In this document: one piece after another, positions 21,579 to 32,011 of the stretch | Layout of the letters: the number at the start of each line of letters is the position of its first letter | Position numbering within the stretch: position 1 is the first letter of the stretch | Assembly: GCF_000743755.1 (NCBI RefSeq) | Contig: NW_014569439.1 | Location: 1-32,167, forward strand | Reading direction: 5' to 3' | Length of the DNA stretch: 32,167 bases | DNA from: Blastocystis sp. subtype 4 | Lineage: Eukaryota | Position numbers and translations under genes: made by a program | Notes under the pieces: generated by a model | Database searches by the model: none | What the model was told of the DNA's origin: nothing | What the model saw: only the letters and a program-made list of their open reading frames with translations

Positions 21579-23159
21579 TCATGACTTCCATTCCATCTTC
21601 TCATTTCGAATAAGAATTCGACCTGTAGCAGTTTCCATAACAGTAACATATACAATACCCGACTTCTCGATACTAAAGGTTGTCTTAAACTCAACCTCTC
21701 CAGCTGGCAAGCGGCGGAAACCCCGATATGTGAATGGCATCAGCTGAACACATTTACGAGCATCTACCTCGTCACCATTATTCTCTTGCTTTCCTTGGTA
21801 AATAGCCGTAGTGACACTATCTTGGTTGTCGGCAGTTGTATAATTGAACACAGACTCTTTGGTAGGCAGTTTAGAATTAGCAGGAATAATACACTGAATC
21901 TTGTCACCAATGAGCAATTGACCCAAACTATAAGCAATAATTTCTCCCACATCATAGTGATTCACAAGAGATAAACAAGCACCCTTTGCCACACATTCAT
22001 CACAATTAATGGCTTGAGTAAACTTTCTTTCACCAAAGAAATCCATGATCTTCTTTTGAACAAGCTTAAGACGACTGGATCCTCCTACAAGAACAACATG
22101 ATCGATATCATGCTTTGTTAGATGAGCTTTCGACAAAGCACTCTTTACAGTATCCATAGTACGATCAATATCTGAATCTATCAATCTATTCATCTCATCC
22201 AGAGTCAGTTTGATATCACAATTCTCATCTTCACCCTCATCGGCAGCCACATTAATGATATTAGAAACGGAAATCTCTGTCTCATCTGTTGCAGAAAGAG
22301 CAATTTTCGCCTCTTCAGCAATCCCTAATAATCGACGTCTGTATTTGATCTTTACTTCATCAGGAAGTTTATCAGGAATCAAATCAACACCATTCAATTT
22401 ACGATATCTCTTTGAAATCCAATCCAGAATGATGCGATCAAAATCAGCTCCACCCAAGTTATTGTTTCCCTCGTACATCTCTACACTATACCTACCATTG
22501 GAGACTTTGAGAATGGAAACGTCAAATGTACCTCCACCAAGATCATACACAAGAATGTATTCGTCCTTGGCTTCGTTCTCAAACCCATAGCACAGAGCAG
22601 CTGCTGTGGGTTCGTTCAGAATAATAATATGTTCCTCAGAGATACCACAGTTAATAGCAGCACGTAGAGTGGCCGAACGCTGATTCTCATCGAAATTAGC
22701 TGGAATTGTGACACATAACTCTGAAACCTCACACTCGGCCCTCTTTTCAGCTTCACTAATGATCTTCTTCAGGACCTCAGTAGCAACGTCAACAGGAGTA
22801 ACATATGAGTCTACTGACTCGAGATAGAAAGCAGGAGAACCACCACGGTTTTCAACGGGACAACCACAGTTCTCCAGGTTCTGTTGGACTTCTTCCGAAC
22901 TGAAACCGCGTCCAATCAAACGTTTGGCGTTGAATACAACACTTGCTTTGTTGCTTCCGACACGTCTCTTTGCAGCATATCCAACAACTGGATCTCTTCC
23001 GGCTTTGAATTCAACGAAGGAAGGAATCAAGTGCTTTCCATTATCAATATCTAAACACTCCACAGCACCCCCTCTACAGAAGTAAGCACAGGAATTGGTT
23101 GTGCCGAGATCAATACCCAATTTTATTTTTCTGGGAGCAGCACTAATACCAGTAGGCAT
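21579..23159 (-). CDS. Atypical Hsp70-family protein, 526 aa, intronless
   Basis: GIDLGTTNS, TIPANF, LNEPTAAAL, VYDLGGGTFDVSIL, LGGADFD, VVLVGGSSRL and DECVAKGA. There is no alpha-helical lid and no EEVD/KDEL. Confidence 0.92.
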   Translation of the reverse strand: MPTGISAAPRKIKLGIDLGTTNSCAYFCRGGAVECLDIDNGKHLIPSFVEFKAGRDPVVGYAAKRRVGSNKASVVFNAKRLIGRGFSSEEVQQNLENCGCPVENRGGSPAFYLESVDSYVTPVDVATEVLKKIISEAEKRAECEVSELCVTIPANFDENQRSATLRAAINCGISEEHIIILNEPTAAALCYGFENEAKDEYILVYDLGGGTFDVSILKVSNGRYSVEMYEGNNNLGGADFDRIILDWISKRYRKLNGVDLIPDKLPDEVKIKYRRRLLGIAEEAKIALSATDETEISVSNIINVAADEGEDENCDIKLTLDEMNRLIDSDIDRTMDTVKSALSKAHLTKHDIDHVVLVGGSSRLKLVQKKIMDFFGERKFTQAINCDECVAKGACLSLVNHYDVGEIIAYSLGQLLIGDKIQCIIPANSKLPTKESVFNYTTADNQDSVTTAIYQGKQENNGDEVDARKCVQLMPFTYRGFRRLPAGEVEFKTTFSIEKSGIVYVTVMETATGRILIRNEKMEWKS

Positions 23160-23275
23160 GAATAATTATAAACTGAAAAAACCTACTTCTCATGTTTCCA
23201 CGGGAATCTACTAACTCAGAAAACAAAAGATAACTCTAACAAAGCATAGTATCAGCAAATGAGTATAGTTGGATA

Positions 23276-24638
23276 ATGACATCTGCTCCAATTCTCCAAT
23301 TACAGATGGGAGAGGATTCACAAAGTGATGTTATTCTTTCTGTTGGTGTGTATATCAAGCCTTCATTGATTGTTCTACCGTTGATTCTTATGAGATAGGA
23401 GAGGATTGTGTAGAAGGATTTGACAGATTTGATGTCATATAAGGCGTTACATCCTCCTCTAAACGTTTATGTCACTTATCAAAATGAAAGGCTTCCGTCA
23501 TCTTCGTCAAAAGGTCTGAGAGGATATACCAAAATCCAGTGATAATGTCGATCCCAGTATCGTTTATGAAGCTGCTGAACAGAAAATTCCAATCGATGGG
23601 ACAAACCCACTCAATCGAGGGGCTTCCAAAAGATACGGGAATCAATGAAGGCGATACGGAGGTCGTTGTTCCTCCTACACAAGTAGAGAGGACAAATATC
23701 ATTGGAGATGGCGATGACCAAGTATGTGAGTCCTTTTATAACAATGGAGAGTTGTTTATGAGTAGTTCTTGATGTTGTATTTTCACTAGGTTCACCTCTT
23801 ATGACGTTTCTGAGTGGATTCTATCAACGTTCTGTGGATGAACACATTTTCTTTCAGTTGAGTTTTGATGATGTCTGTAGAATTGCCGAATTTGCTAAGA
23901 GTATGACTTCTGATAACTTCTGAGGTAGATTGGAAGGTAATCCCGTATACAGGGAATCCGGAGGAGAAAGGCATTATCTATTGGATAGGTTGTCTAAATG
24001 ACTCTCATCAGTATCTAAATCCTATCACTCAAGTACATTTCTGTAGATGCTTTGAGAGTAGAATATGGTTCATATTCTTACAAGTCGAGATTACCATGTG
24101 AATTACTCTCGAAATGAAGGTATCTTTGTTGATGAACCTGAATGGTAGCTAATGTATACCGTGTTCTTGAGTTGCCAAGTTTATCTGATAAAGATTGTTA
24201 CTTTGATCCCGGTTGTATCATTTTCCATTTTCCCAATCACATGATCAATCCAACTGGGTATTCGTATCGTAACGGTGGAGGAAGAGGTGTTTATTGATTT
24301 ATATGTTGAACTGTAGGTTCAGTTGTACGCAAATGGGTATTAGAAGCCTCTTGCAATCTGGAAGGTCCTTGGACCGTTATTAGTAATCACCCAGAAGACG
24401 ATACATATTTCTACGATGTGACAGATGGTCAGAATAAGGAGAATTCCTTCTTGTAGGATTTATGTTTGGTAATGAAGATAGAGCTCATTGTTGGCCAATT
24501 ACAACACCACGGGGAGATAAAGACTTTTATTGCTACTTTCGATTTCAATCACTTCATACGCATCCCAATGGTCGTTCCCATGCATTGTATATTAGTGGGT
24601 TTGAATTGTATGGAGTGGTTCGTTGGAATCGAAAATAA
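23276..24638 (+). CDS. Protein with C-terminal HECTD1-type Sad1/UNC-like (galactose-binding-like) beta-sandwich domain, multi-exon; 5' structure uncertain
   Basis: Exon translations KGIIYWIG, INPTGYSYRNG, VRKWVLEAS...WTVISNHPEDD and YFRFQ...HALYISGFELYGVV match the motif series of this domain. Confidence 0.62.
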
Positions 24639-24739
24639 TCTCTTGTGTCGCTTTTCCTGTACTATACTGAGATATGTTTGTTTTATCAAGAATATTCCTA
24701 ACAGAATAGCATTGCTTCTTTGAACAAACATTTTCTAAA

Positions 24740-26193
24740 TTACACTGAATGCAAATTAATTACTACAACTGACATATCATCATGAAAACGTCGTCGTTGT
24801 CCAGCATGTAATTCCTTCAATTGTTTCACAGTCAACTCATTCCGTTCTATAAATCAAATCCACTTCTCATTTCAACTCGCTGCATGCGCCAAACACGCCT
24901 CCACTACCAGATTTGCAGCACTCTCCATCGAATGACCTCGATTCAACGCTTCATTCACAATATTCACCACCACGTCATTCTCCAACTCATCCCATACACC
25001 ATCACTCGCCATCACAATGAAACGATCATTCTTTCCAATTTCAAACGCATTGACTTCTGGAGTACATGTGATGTAAGGAGGATTCATTGAACGTTCAAAA
25101 CGATGTAGCAAAGGAACGGATTCAATGAAACTTCGGCTCTTTAGCATGAAATCGCCTAGACAACGTGTTAACTGGAGCATCCCCTTCACATACACAGGAA
25201 CACCATCATAATATTTCACTAGATCCCGTTCATCTACGAATTATGGAACTCCAAAAATACCCACTTGGATGGGCTTCTTTTAACTTCTTTAATTCAGCTG
25301 GTTCACGAACGTTGTGATCATTCGTTAACTGAATCGCTTCAATATTGTCTTCTGTTGTGCTTCGACCTAAGACAGCACGGCAATCACCTGCTACCCATGA
25401 ACCTCCTTTTGAAAACCAACCATTTGCTATCACACAGTGATTCTCGTAAATAAAAGCAGATACTAAACAAGAACCTGTTGTCAAAACGGAGCTGTTCGAT
25501 TCCCACATAGACATGACCACTACATCTCAACTTGATATTCTTATCTACTTGAATAAATCAAATCGTCCATATCTTGATATAAACGAATTGCCTTTTCAGA
25601 CATGTATTCTTTCAGTTTATCCATGGAGATCGTATCTACATCATAAATGCTACAACAAAATCGAACGAATATCTGCAAATAGCTTTTTCACCAAACCACC
25701 AATCTCCATCTTGATAATATCCGAAACAAAAGTTCCACCATGTCCATCAGCAACACCAGCAACAAGCATGCCTGGAATAGGAGACTCCACAATCACTCGA
25801 TCTTCACAAGGGTTATTCGACTATTCATGAGAATCCAATATCTTGCTTACTGGATAATGATCATATCCAACGCTCACTTTAGGAGACTTGGAGGTGTGAA
25901 AGCCCCCAGTTAAACCATAAACAGCGAACCATGAGGTTCCAGCAAGACATCCATATGTCAGAGCCGAGTTCTTGCCCGCAGCAGCAACAAAACTGCGAAC
26001 TAGAGGACGACTACGTATCATTAATTCCTAGTTCATCCTACTTTCCTGCAGATCCCGAAAATATCCTTGACGTGTTGCGTGTCGCGATCGTTGCCACATT
26101 TGGATTAATCCGTTTTAAAGAACCGGCCATATAAAGTGTACTAACCGTTCCAAAGGCACGTCGTGATTTCACCAGGATATTCGATGCACTCAT
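24740..26193 (-). CDS. PP2C phosphatase, pyruvate dehydrogenase phosphatase-like, with predicted mitochondrial presequence, multi-exon
   Basis: SNNPCEDR, VADGHGG, GSC, AN..GDCRAVLG, LTNDHN, LQLTRCLGDFMLK, PPYITCTPEV, MASDGVWD and RRRFHDDMSVVV. The N-terminus is R/S/A/T-rich with no acidic residues. Confidence 0.88.
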
Positions 26194-26296
26194 ACCATTG
26201 AAAAGTCAAATGACCCTAAAACGTAAAATAATTAATACAAATAGGTAGAATATTTGGCACTGGCGTAATCTGCCGCCATTCACCGATTCTTACATC

Positions 26297-26955
26297 ATGA
26301 TGAAGCGGGGTGCTTTCATTCTTTTAGAGGGTGTGGATCGATCTGGAAAATCAACTCAGTGCAAACGGATCGTGAATTGTCTGAAAGAGAGGGGGATTAA
26401 AAGCAAGTTATATTGCTTCCCAAGTAGTTTATGGAGTTTTAAGTGTAACTCTAGATCGATCGACAGTCATTGGACAGCAGATCAACCAGTATCTTCATAG
26501 TGAATCCGAAGTTGAGGATCATTGTATTCATTTACTGTTTTCGGCGAATCGGTGGGAAATGCGGAATGAGATTCTCCGCGATTTGAATGATGGAATTACT
26601 ATTATTTGCGATCGTTATTTTGCGAGTGGAGTTGCATTTACTGCAGCAAAAGGATATGATCTCGAATGGTGCCTAGCTCCAGATCGTGGTCTTCCTGCTC
26701 CCGATATTGTTTTATTCCTTGATCTGAATTCGGAAGAACAAAAAAGAAGGGGTGGATTTGGAGAGGAACGATATGAAGTCTCCTCTTTCCAAGAGAACGT
26801 ACGAACAAAGTTTTTAGAACTAATCCATACCATGAAAACTATCAATTGGATGATTGTTGATGCAAATCAGACTATGGATACTGTTTTTACCCAGTTGATG
26901 GACCATATAGAGCGAGCAATTGAAGAATGTGAATCGAAACCAGTATCCGAAATCT
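26297..26955 (+). CDS. DTYMK: Thymidylate (dTMP) kinase, 2 exons; stop inferred to be made by polyadenylation
   Basis: RGAFILLEGVDRSGKSTQ, FP|NRST, HLLFSANRWE, ICDRYFASGVAF, GLPAPDIVLFL and GGFGEERYE. Intron 26424-26454. Homology ends at KPVSEI, followed by T|TCCT|TGTTTATT. Confidence 0.9.
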
Positions 26956-26959
26956 TCCT

Positions 26960-26967
26960 TGTTTATT
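26960..26967 (+). terminator. Variant polyadenylation element TGTTTATT (dTMP kinase)
   Basis: One mismatch to TGTTTGTT, 4 nt after the codon-initial T at 26955. Confidence 0.65.
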
Positions 26968-26984
26968 TTAACATAACAAATATC

Positions 26985-27459
26985 ATGTTGAAACTCATTC
27001 TTTTGTTGATTGCTTTTCTGTGTATCGGAGCAACGGAAATTGAAGAAGCCGATCAGCAGTGGCTTCAAACGTCTGAGGATGTGATGCAAATTGCTGAAGT
27101 AGGTTCTTTGCTAAGGGTAGCTGAAATCCCAGTTAGGAATTGAGTTTTTGAAGAATCAGTCTGAAATTCACGCTTTTGATGACATCCGCATTTCTAAGAT
27201 TCTTCAAAACCGGAAAACGGTTGTATCATGATTTCCAATTCATTTTTAGCTTGCTGGGTCCCATCGCTCCGTGTTTTTGAAATTCTTGATAACGAGTATG
27301 CATTTCTATAGTAGCCGTGCAGAAGAGTCAATTTCGATGTTTGCTGTGCAGAAGGAGAGGGATGGGAATTATAGTTTCTACATTCCGAAATTACCAGTTA
27401 TGAAAGAATCCTTCTTGAACACATTGAGAGTACAAGAAACGATGGAAGTGGAACTCTAG
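26985..27459 (+). CDS. Small secreted hypothetical protein, multi-exon
   Basis: Signal peptide MLKLILLLIAFLCIGA, short GT-AG introns, C-terminus ETMEVEL*, and TGTTTGTT at 27498-27505. Confidence 0.6.
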
Positions 27460-27516
27460 CCAATAGGTTTATTAGTGGTTATTCTGTATCAGTGAAGTGT
27501 TTGTTGAAGAAAGAGA

Positions 27517-27967
27517 TCAAGCAAGAACAAAACGGAACATATCGTTGTGGACGTAGAAAGAACCACCTCCATTGTCCTTGATGATGAAAGTCTCCGTAAA
27601 CAGCATCGGCTGGTTATCATCAATCTAGAAATGATTTCTGGAATCTGGAAATACCTTAATTTCACCTGTACAAGTGATCAAAATGCTACCATCAGGAGTA
27701 GGCTGCACATCCATAGTCTGGATGTTGTGTCCAAACGATGCTCCCAAACCCTATCAATCAAAAATCCACAAAACCACTCACAGCGATCTTTCCCATAATG
27801 TTCTGCATTCCAAGGAATTCTTGTCCCTCACAGGTCAGCATCGAACAATCTTGCTACAATTCATCCAAACTCGCACCTTCTACGTAGATGTTTTGCAGCT
27901 GAGTTCTATCTGTATCATAGCACTGGTAGAAGAAGTTGATGAAGGCACGTCCAATTTCTTGAGCCAT
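27517..27967 (-). CDS. NTF2: Nuclear transport factor 2, 4 exons (absent from ORF track)
   Basis: MAQEIGRAFINFFYQCYDTDRTQLQNIY|QDCSMLTCEGQEFLGMQNIMGKIA|GLGASFGHNIQTMDVQPTPDGSILITCTGEIK|IDDNQPMLFTETFIIKDNGGGSFYVHNDMFRFVLA*. Confidence 0.92.
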
Positions 27968-28378
27968 GGTTCGAAATGCGGAGTATTTGTGGTTTTTCGA
28001 TGAATTGATGAAATCGAGTCAATTTCTGGATTCTGCACAACAAACAATAACTGAATAGAGTATGAAATGGCTTTGATTATAAAGATATTCTAAAGGATAA
28101 CTTCACTTGTGACAATGAATCTGTAACTCTAAAACAATTGGCGCTAGAAGTAATAGACAGTATAAACCCTATATGCAGACATGGGAAAAGTGTCCAAACC
28201 ATTGTTTGTAAACAAATTCCAAAAGGTATCCATTCTCATAACAAGAATGCCTACAAAGTTGAAAGATTGTTAGAAACAGAATGGTTTCAATTACTGAAAT
28301 AAAATCAATAAAAAGTAGTTAACAAAATGACAATAACGTGTCCTTGAGAAGAAGATGCCTCAAAGATTAGCACACACG

Positions 28379-30229
28379 TTATACTGACGAAGACTTCCAT
28401 ATTACCAGAGGTATGTTCTTGATGCCGAAAGATTCTAGTTTATTCTGAATGAAGCAGCCATCTACAAGAAGACTGTAATCACATGGACTATTGGAAAGGA
28501 TTCCATTGATCTCCTATTCATCAATATCAGCACAAGAATGTACCGAAATTGCATTCAATCCACTTGTGTCAATGTATCGAATCTTTCGAAGGTCAACACA
28601 TACAGAACGAGGAGATTCTGATACAATGGAATGTATCTTCTCCACCAAAGTATCTCGATTCATAAAATGAAGATATACTCCAGCATCCACAATTACTCCT
28701 TCATATGATACACAAGGAAGCGGATCTCCCTTCTTTGTTGTCTTCAATGCGAGAGCGAGCAGAATCAGAGATATACACACACCTGCCAATAGGCCATATT
28801 CTGCTCCACAGAATACTAACACAACCGTACAAGCAACGAAACTCCAAAAATCAGGCTTATTACAACGATAGAATTTGGGAAGAGATCCAAATCGTTTGAA
28901 GACCCCGATCAGATTCACCAACACAATTGTAACGAGGACTGATTTGGGGAGGTAGGCAATCCAGTCCATGAGGAAAAACAAACAGAACAAAATGACAAAG
29001 GGAGACATCAAGGAAAACAAAGGCGTTTTTCCCCCAAGATTGACAACAACCGAAGAACGTGAGATTGATACAGTACAAGGCAGTGCAGAGAAGAAAGACC
29101 CCCCGAGCTGACACATCCCAAGAGCGAACATTTCTTGATTATCATTAAGGCGATAATTGAATTGTTGAGCAAATGATTTCCCGAGCGATATATGAGTTGA
29201 AAAGGAAATAATGGCGATAGTGATAGCTCCCGGAATCAATTGAATCATGTACTTTGGTGAAGGATAGGAGAATGGAGGGAACCCCTTAACAACTTCATAA
29301 TCACCAATGGTTTTAATGCTCCATTTGGCCTTGAGGTCAAACCATCGATTGAGAAAGACAAAGATAACAACAATGAAGAGTTCTAGTGGAAGTGGGAACT
29401 TGGGACAATATTTCTTATTTAACTCTTTCCCAACGTAAAGAATAACCGAGGAGGTACTTCCAATTAGAAAGGCATACCAGTTGAATTGATGGATTGTCGA
29501 CGGAGATAACAAAGTGATGATTTGTTGGATGGGAGACCCACTTCCCGTAGTAACATCCCAATAACCGCCAATCTGACTTGTCAATAATTGAATAGCTGAA
29601 GCTGCCGTGAATGCAGTGACTACTGCATAAGAGAGAATGCGTGTCACGATTCCTAGACGCAAGAGACTCAAGACAACCAAAAACAGTCCTGACAGAAAAG
29701 CTATTGTAACAATGGCAGAAACGAACTCATCCATCTCTGTTTCATAATCGATAAAAGAAAGAAACGAAGCACACAACACTGACGAAATGGCATATGGTCC
29801 CACATGCAACTGATATGAACCTGTAAAAACACTGAACACGAAAATTGGAATGATTCCACCATAAAGACCATAAACTGGTGGCAAATTAGCTAGCATTGCA
29901 TTTGCCATACCTTGTGGAATTGCGATAATTCCAGTGGTTAGAGCACATACAGCATCGTATTTTAAGTATTCCTTCTTGTAACTATGACTAATCCTCTTCT
30001 GACATCACTACCGTTGGAGATATCCAACAATTGGAAATATTGCACTGATCGAACAGGACTTATTTGTATGTGCCTTCTTTTCTTGATGAGACTGATCAGA
30101 AAACACTTCGACCGAATGCTTTTCATTACAGTCATGTAGTTCATTCTAATGAGAATGACTCCATCATAATGTAGATACATTCCCCAATTCGATTTCTTTC
30201 TTTTGTTCAACCATATCTTTCGAATCCAT
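28379..30229 (-). CDS. SLC26/SulP anion transporter with reduced STAS domain, 4 exons
   Basis: DAVCALTTGIIAIPQGMANAMLANLPPVYGLY, NQEMFALG, SISRS, multiple TM helices and STAS motif VDLRKIRYIDTSGL. Stop TAA at 28379-28381. Confidence 0.92.
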
Positions 30230-30472
30230 GACTCAGTTCAATGCTATTTCCTGCTACGGTTCGACAAAGAAAAGAATAGTGTTTCACTGTTTCTCCAATC
30301 CAGTGATAGTGGAATCTAAGAATACGTCTTGCTGACTAATTCATGATATCTATAACTCCCATCTTCCCCATTTCTAAAAAGGATATGATTTGATTTGTTA
30401 TGTTGATAATTTGAACTCTACAACAGTTTATTTTATCTATTACCTGCGAGAGGTGATAATAAAGAAACAGTT

Positions 30473-31918
30473 CTAATTCCCCAGAACTCCCGCCATCATC
30501 TCTTCAACAAAATTAGAAACGGACACTGAACCTCTCCTTGATGAATGGCCGCGAGAAGAAACTATTAGCAAAATATGATTATTATCCAAATTCTATACAT
30601 AATATTTTAACAGCAACAAAACCAAAGAAATCGTTTTTGTGGTATTGTAGTCTTTGGGACAATGGAGCTTAGTCACCGTAACCAGCCTTTGAGTTCATTG
30701 AAGCCAACAATCCTACCTCTGAAGAAGGAAAACCAACTCATCAGTACCATAAGTCAAGTACTCAATGGATGTTAAAGGAATCATATCATACTATGGAAAT
30801 AAAGTCTTCTGAATCGTACATGAACAAGCGAATACTTTTCATCTGTCAGAGTGGTAATCACATCATCACTGATGTTCATTGTGGCTTTTACATGGAATGA
30901 CTCTAAGAATGGTTTAGATAATAGAATATGCATGATCTAGATTCAATAATACCCCAATTCTATACAGAATCAATCGACTGTTTCATTATTGGAACAAACG
31001 GCACTAAACGTGTGTGTTGGACATATGAAACTCCTCCAAATGACATTAAATCTATCAGGAGTTTATCTCGGGATTTTGCTCTCTTAAACAAAGATCCATT
31101 GGAGAGCTTCTGGAGTCGTTTGATCTGATCTCTATCTGTTGTAGGAAGAATGAAGATGATTTGAAACTGAACATGAACTGGAATTCACTCCCATACATCA
31201 ATGGCACGAGTAACCACTTCAAACGAGGTATCGAAGAAGGTAACTACACTATCTTGCATCAACAACTTCGAGAAATCTACAGTTACAATCAAAACAATAT
31301 CCTGCATTTGAAATCGCAATTATCATAAGAACTACACTCAACACTGGAAACAATGAGTGAGGATTTACCGACCATATTCTTAACAATAAATCGATTCAAC
31401 AGATATTGGATTTCCTTATCCTCATACGACATCACATGAAGATCCTTCATACTACAGTAAAATGAAATTGAAGAGCTACTCTAAGAATTCGATTTGGTTC
31501 TCCTCTCCATTGCTCTCCTCCCAAGCAAGTTCTTTAGCAATTGTCATCATATCAGCTACTATTAATGCAGAAACGATATATAACGAGATGGAAGACCGAT
31601 TAACACAGCATTCTGACGAATATGTCTACAGTCCCAAACCAGACTTCAATCCTACGAGAGCTCACGCCGAATAGCAAGATCATCAATCGCTTCTAGAGCA
31701 TCATAGTACACTTCTAAGATATGATTCTTCTTTGGAGTAGATTGAGAGCCATCTGTTGTAGAGTCTTTGGAAAATGATTTCCATATTCTTTTCATACCAT
31801 ACTTGAATGGAGAGAGTGACTTTTGTATGTCATCTGTAAAGATACCCAAAGAGAGTTGAAGAACCAAAATAACCTATCAATTGTACATATTTCCAAGAAC
31901 TACAAAGAAAAACCTCAT
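30473..31918 (-). CDS. Secretory-pathway protein with degenerate AAA+ (Torsin/ClpB-D2-like) features, about 10 exons
   Basis: Signal peptide MRFFF|VILVLQLSLG. A chain of 28-30 nt GT-AG introns (e.g. 31874-31903, 31626-31655) keeps the frame open to GVLGN-TAG (30473-30475), followed by TGTTTCTT. One central junction is uncertain. Confidence 0.6.
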
Positions 31919-32011
31919 TTCAAATCAATACAATGAAATCATTGATACGATGGTCACGGGAATTCCTTTTGTTAAGCGGTTGATCAAAATCTCTTGGAAA
32001 CGGAGATAGTG

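Noticed and set aside
22210..22590. Antisense ORFs such as 22210..22590, 12708..13010 and 27547..28003
   Set aside because: Shadow frames of well-supported genes on the opposite strand, with no recognisable motifs.
26559..27143. Single 194-aa ORF as the normal product
   Set aside because: It joins dTMP kinase, intergenic DNA and exon 1 of the next gene. See the finding on conditional fusion.
30541..31674. Plus-strand gene built from ORFs 30928 and 31462
   Set aside because: The minus-strand model has a signal peptide, many modal-length introns and a terminal element, whereas the plus-strand chain needs atypical introns and lacks a 3' element.
207..31867. Fragmented ORFs as pseudogenes or an alternative genetic code
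   Set aside because: Breaks are explained by ~30-nt introns that restore conserved motifs, and long exons use the standard code.
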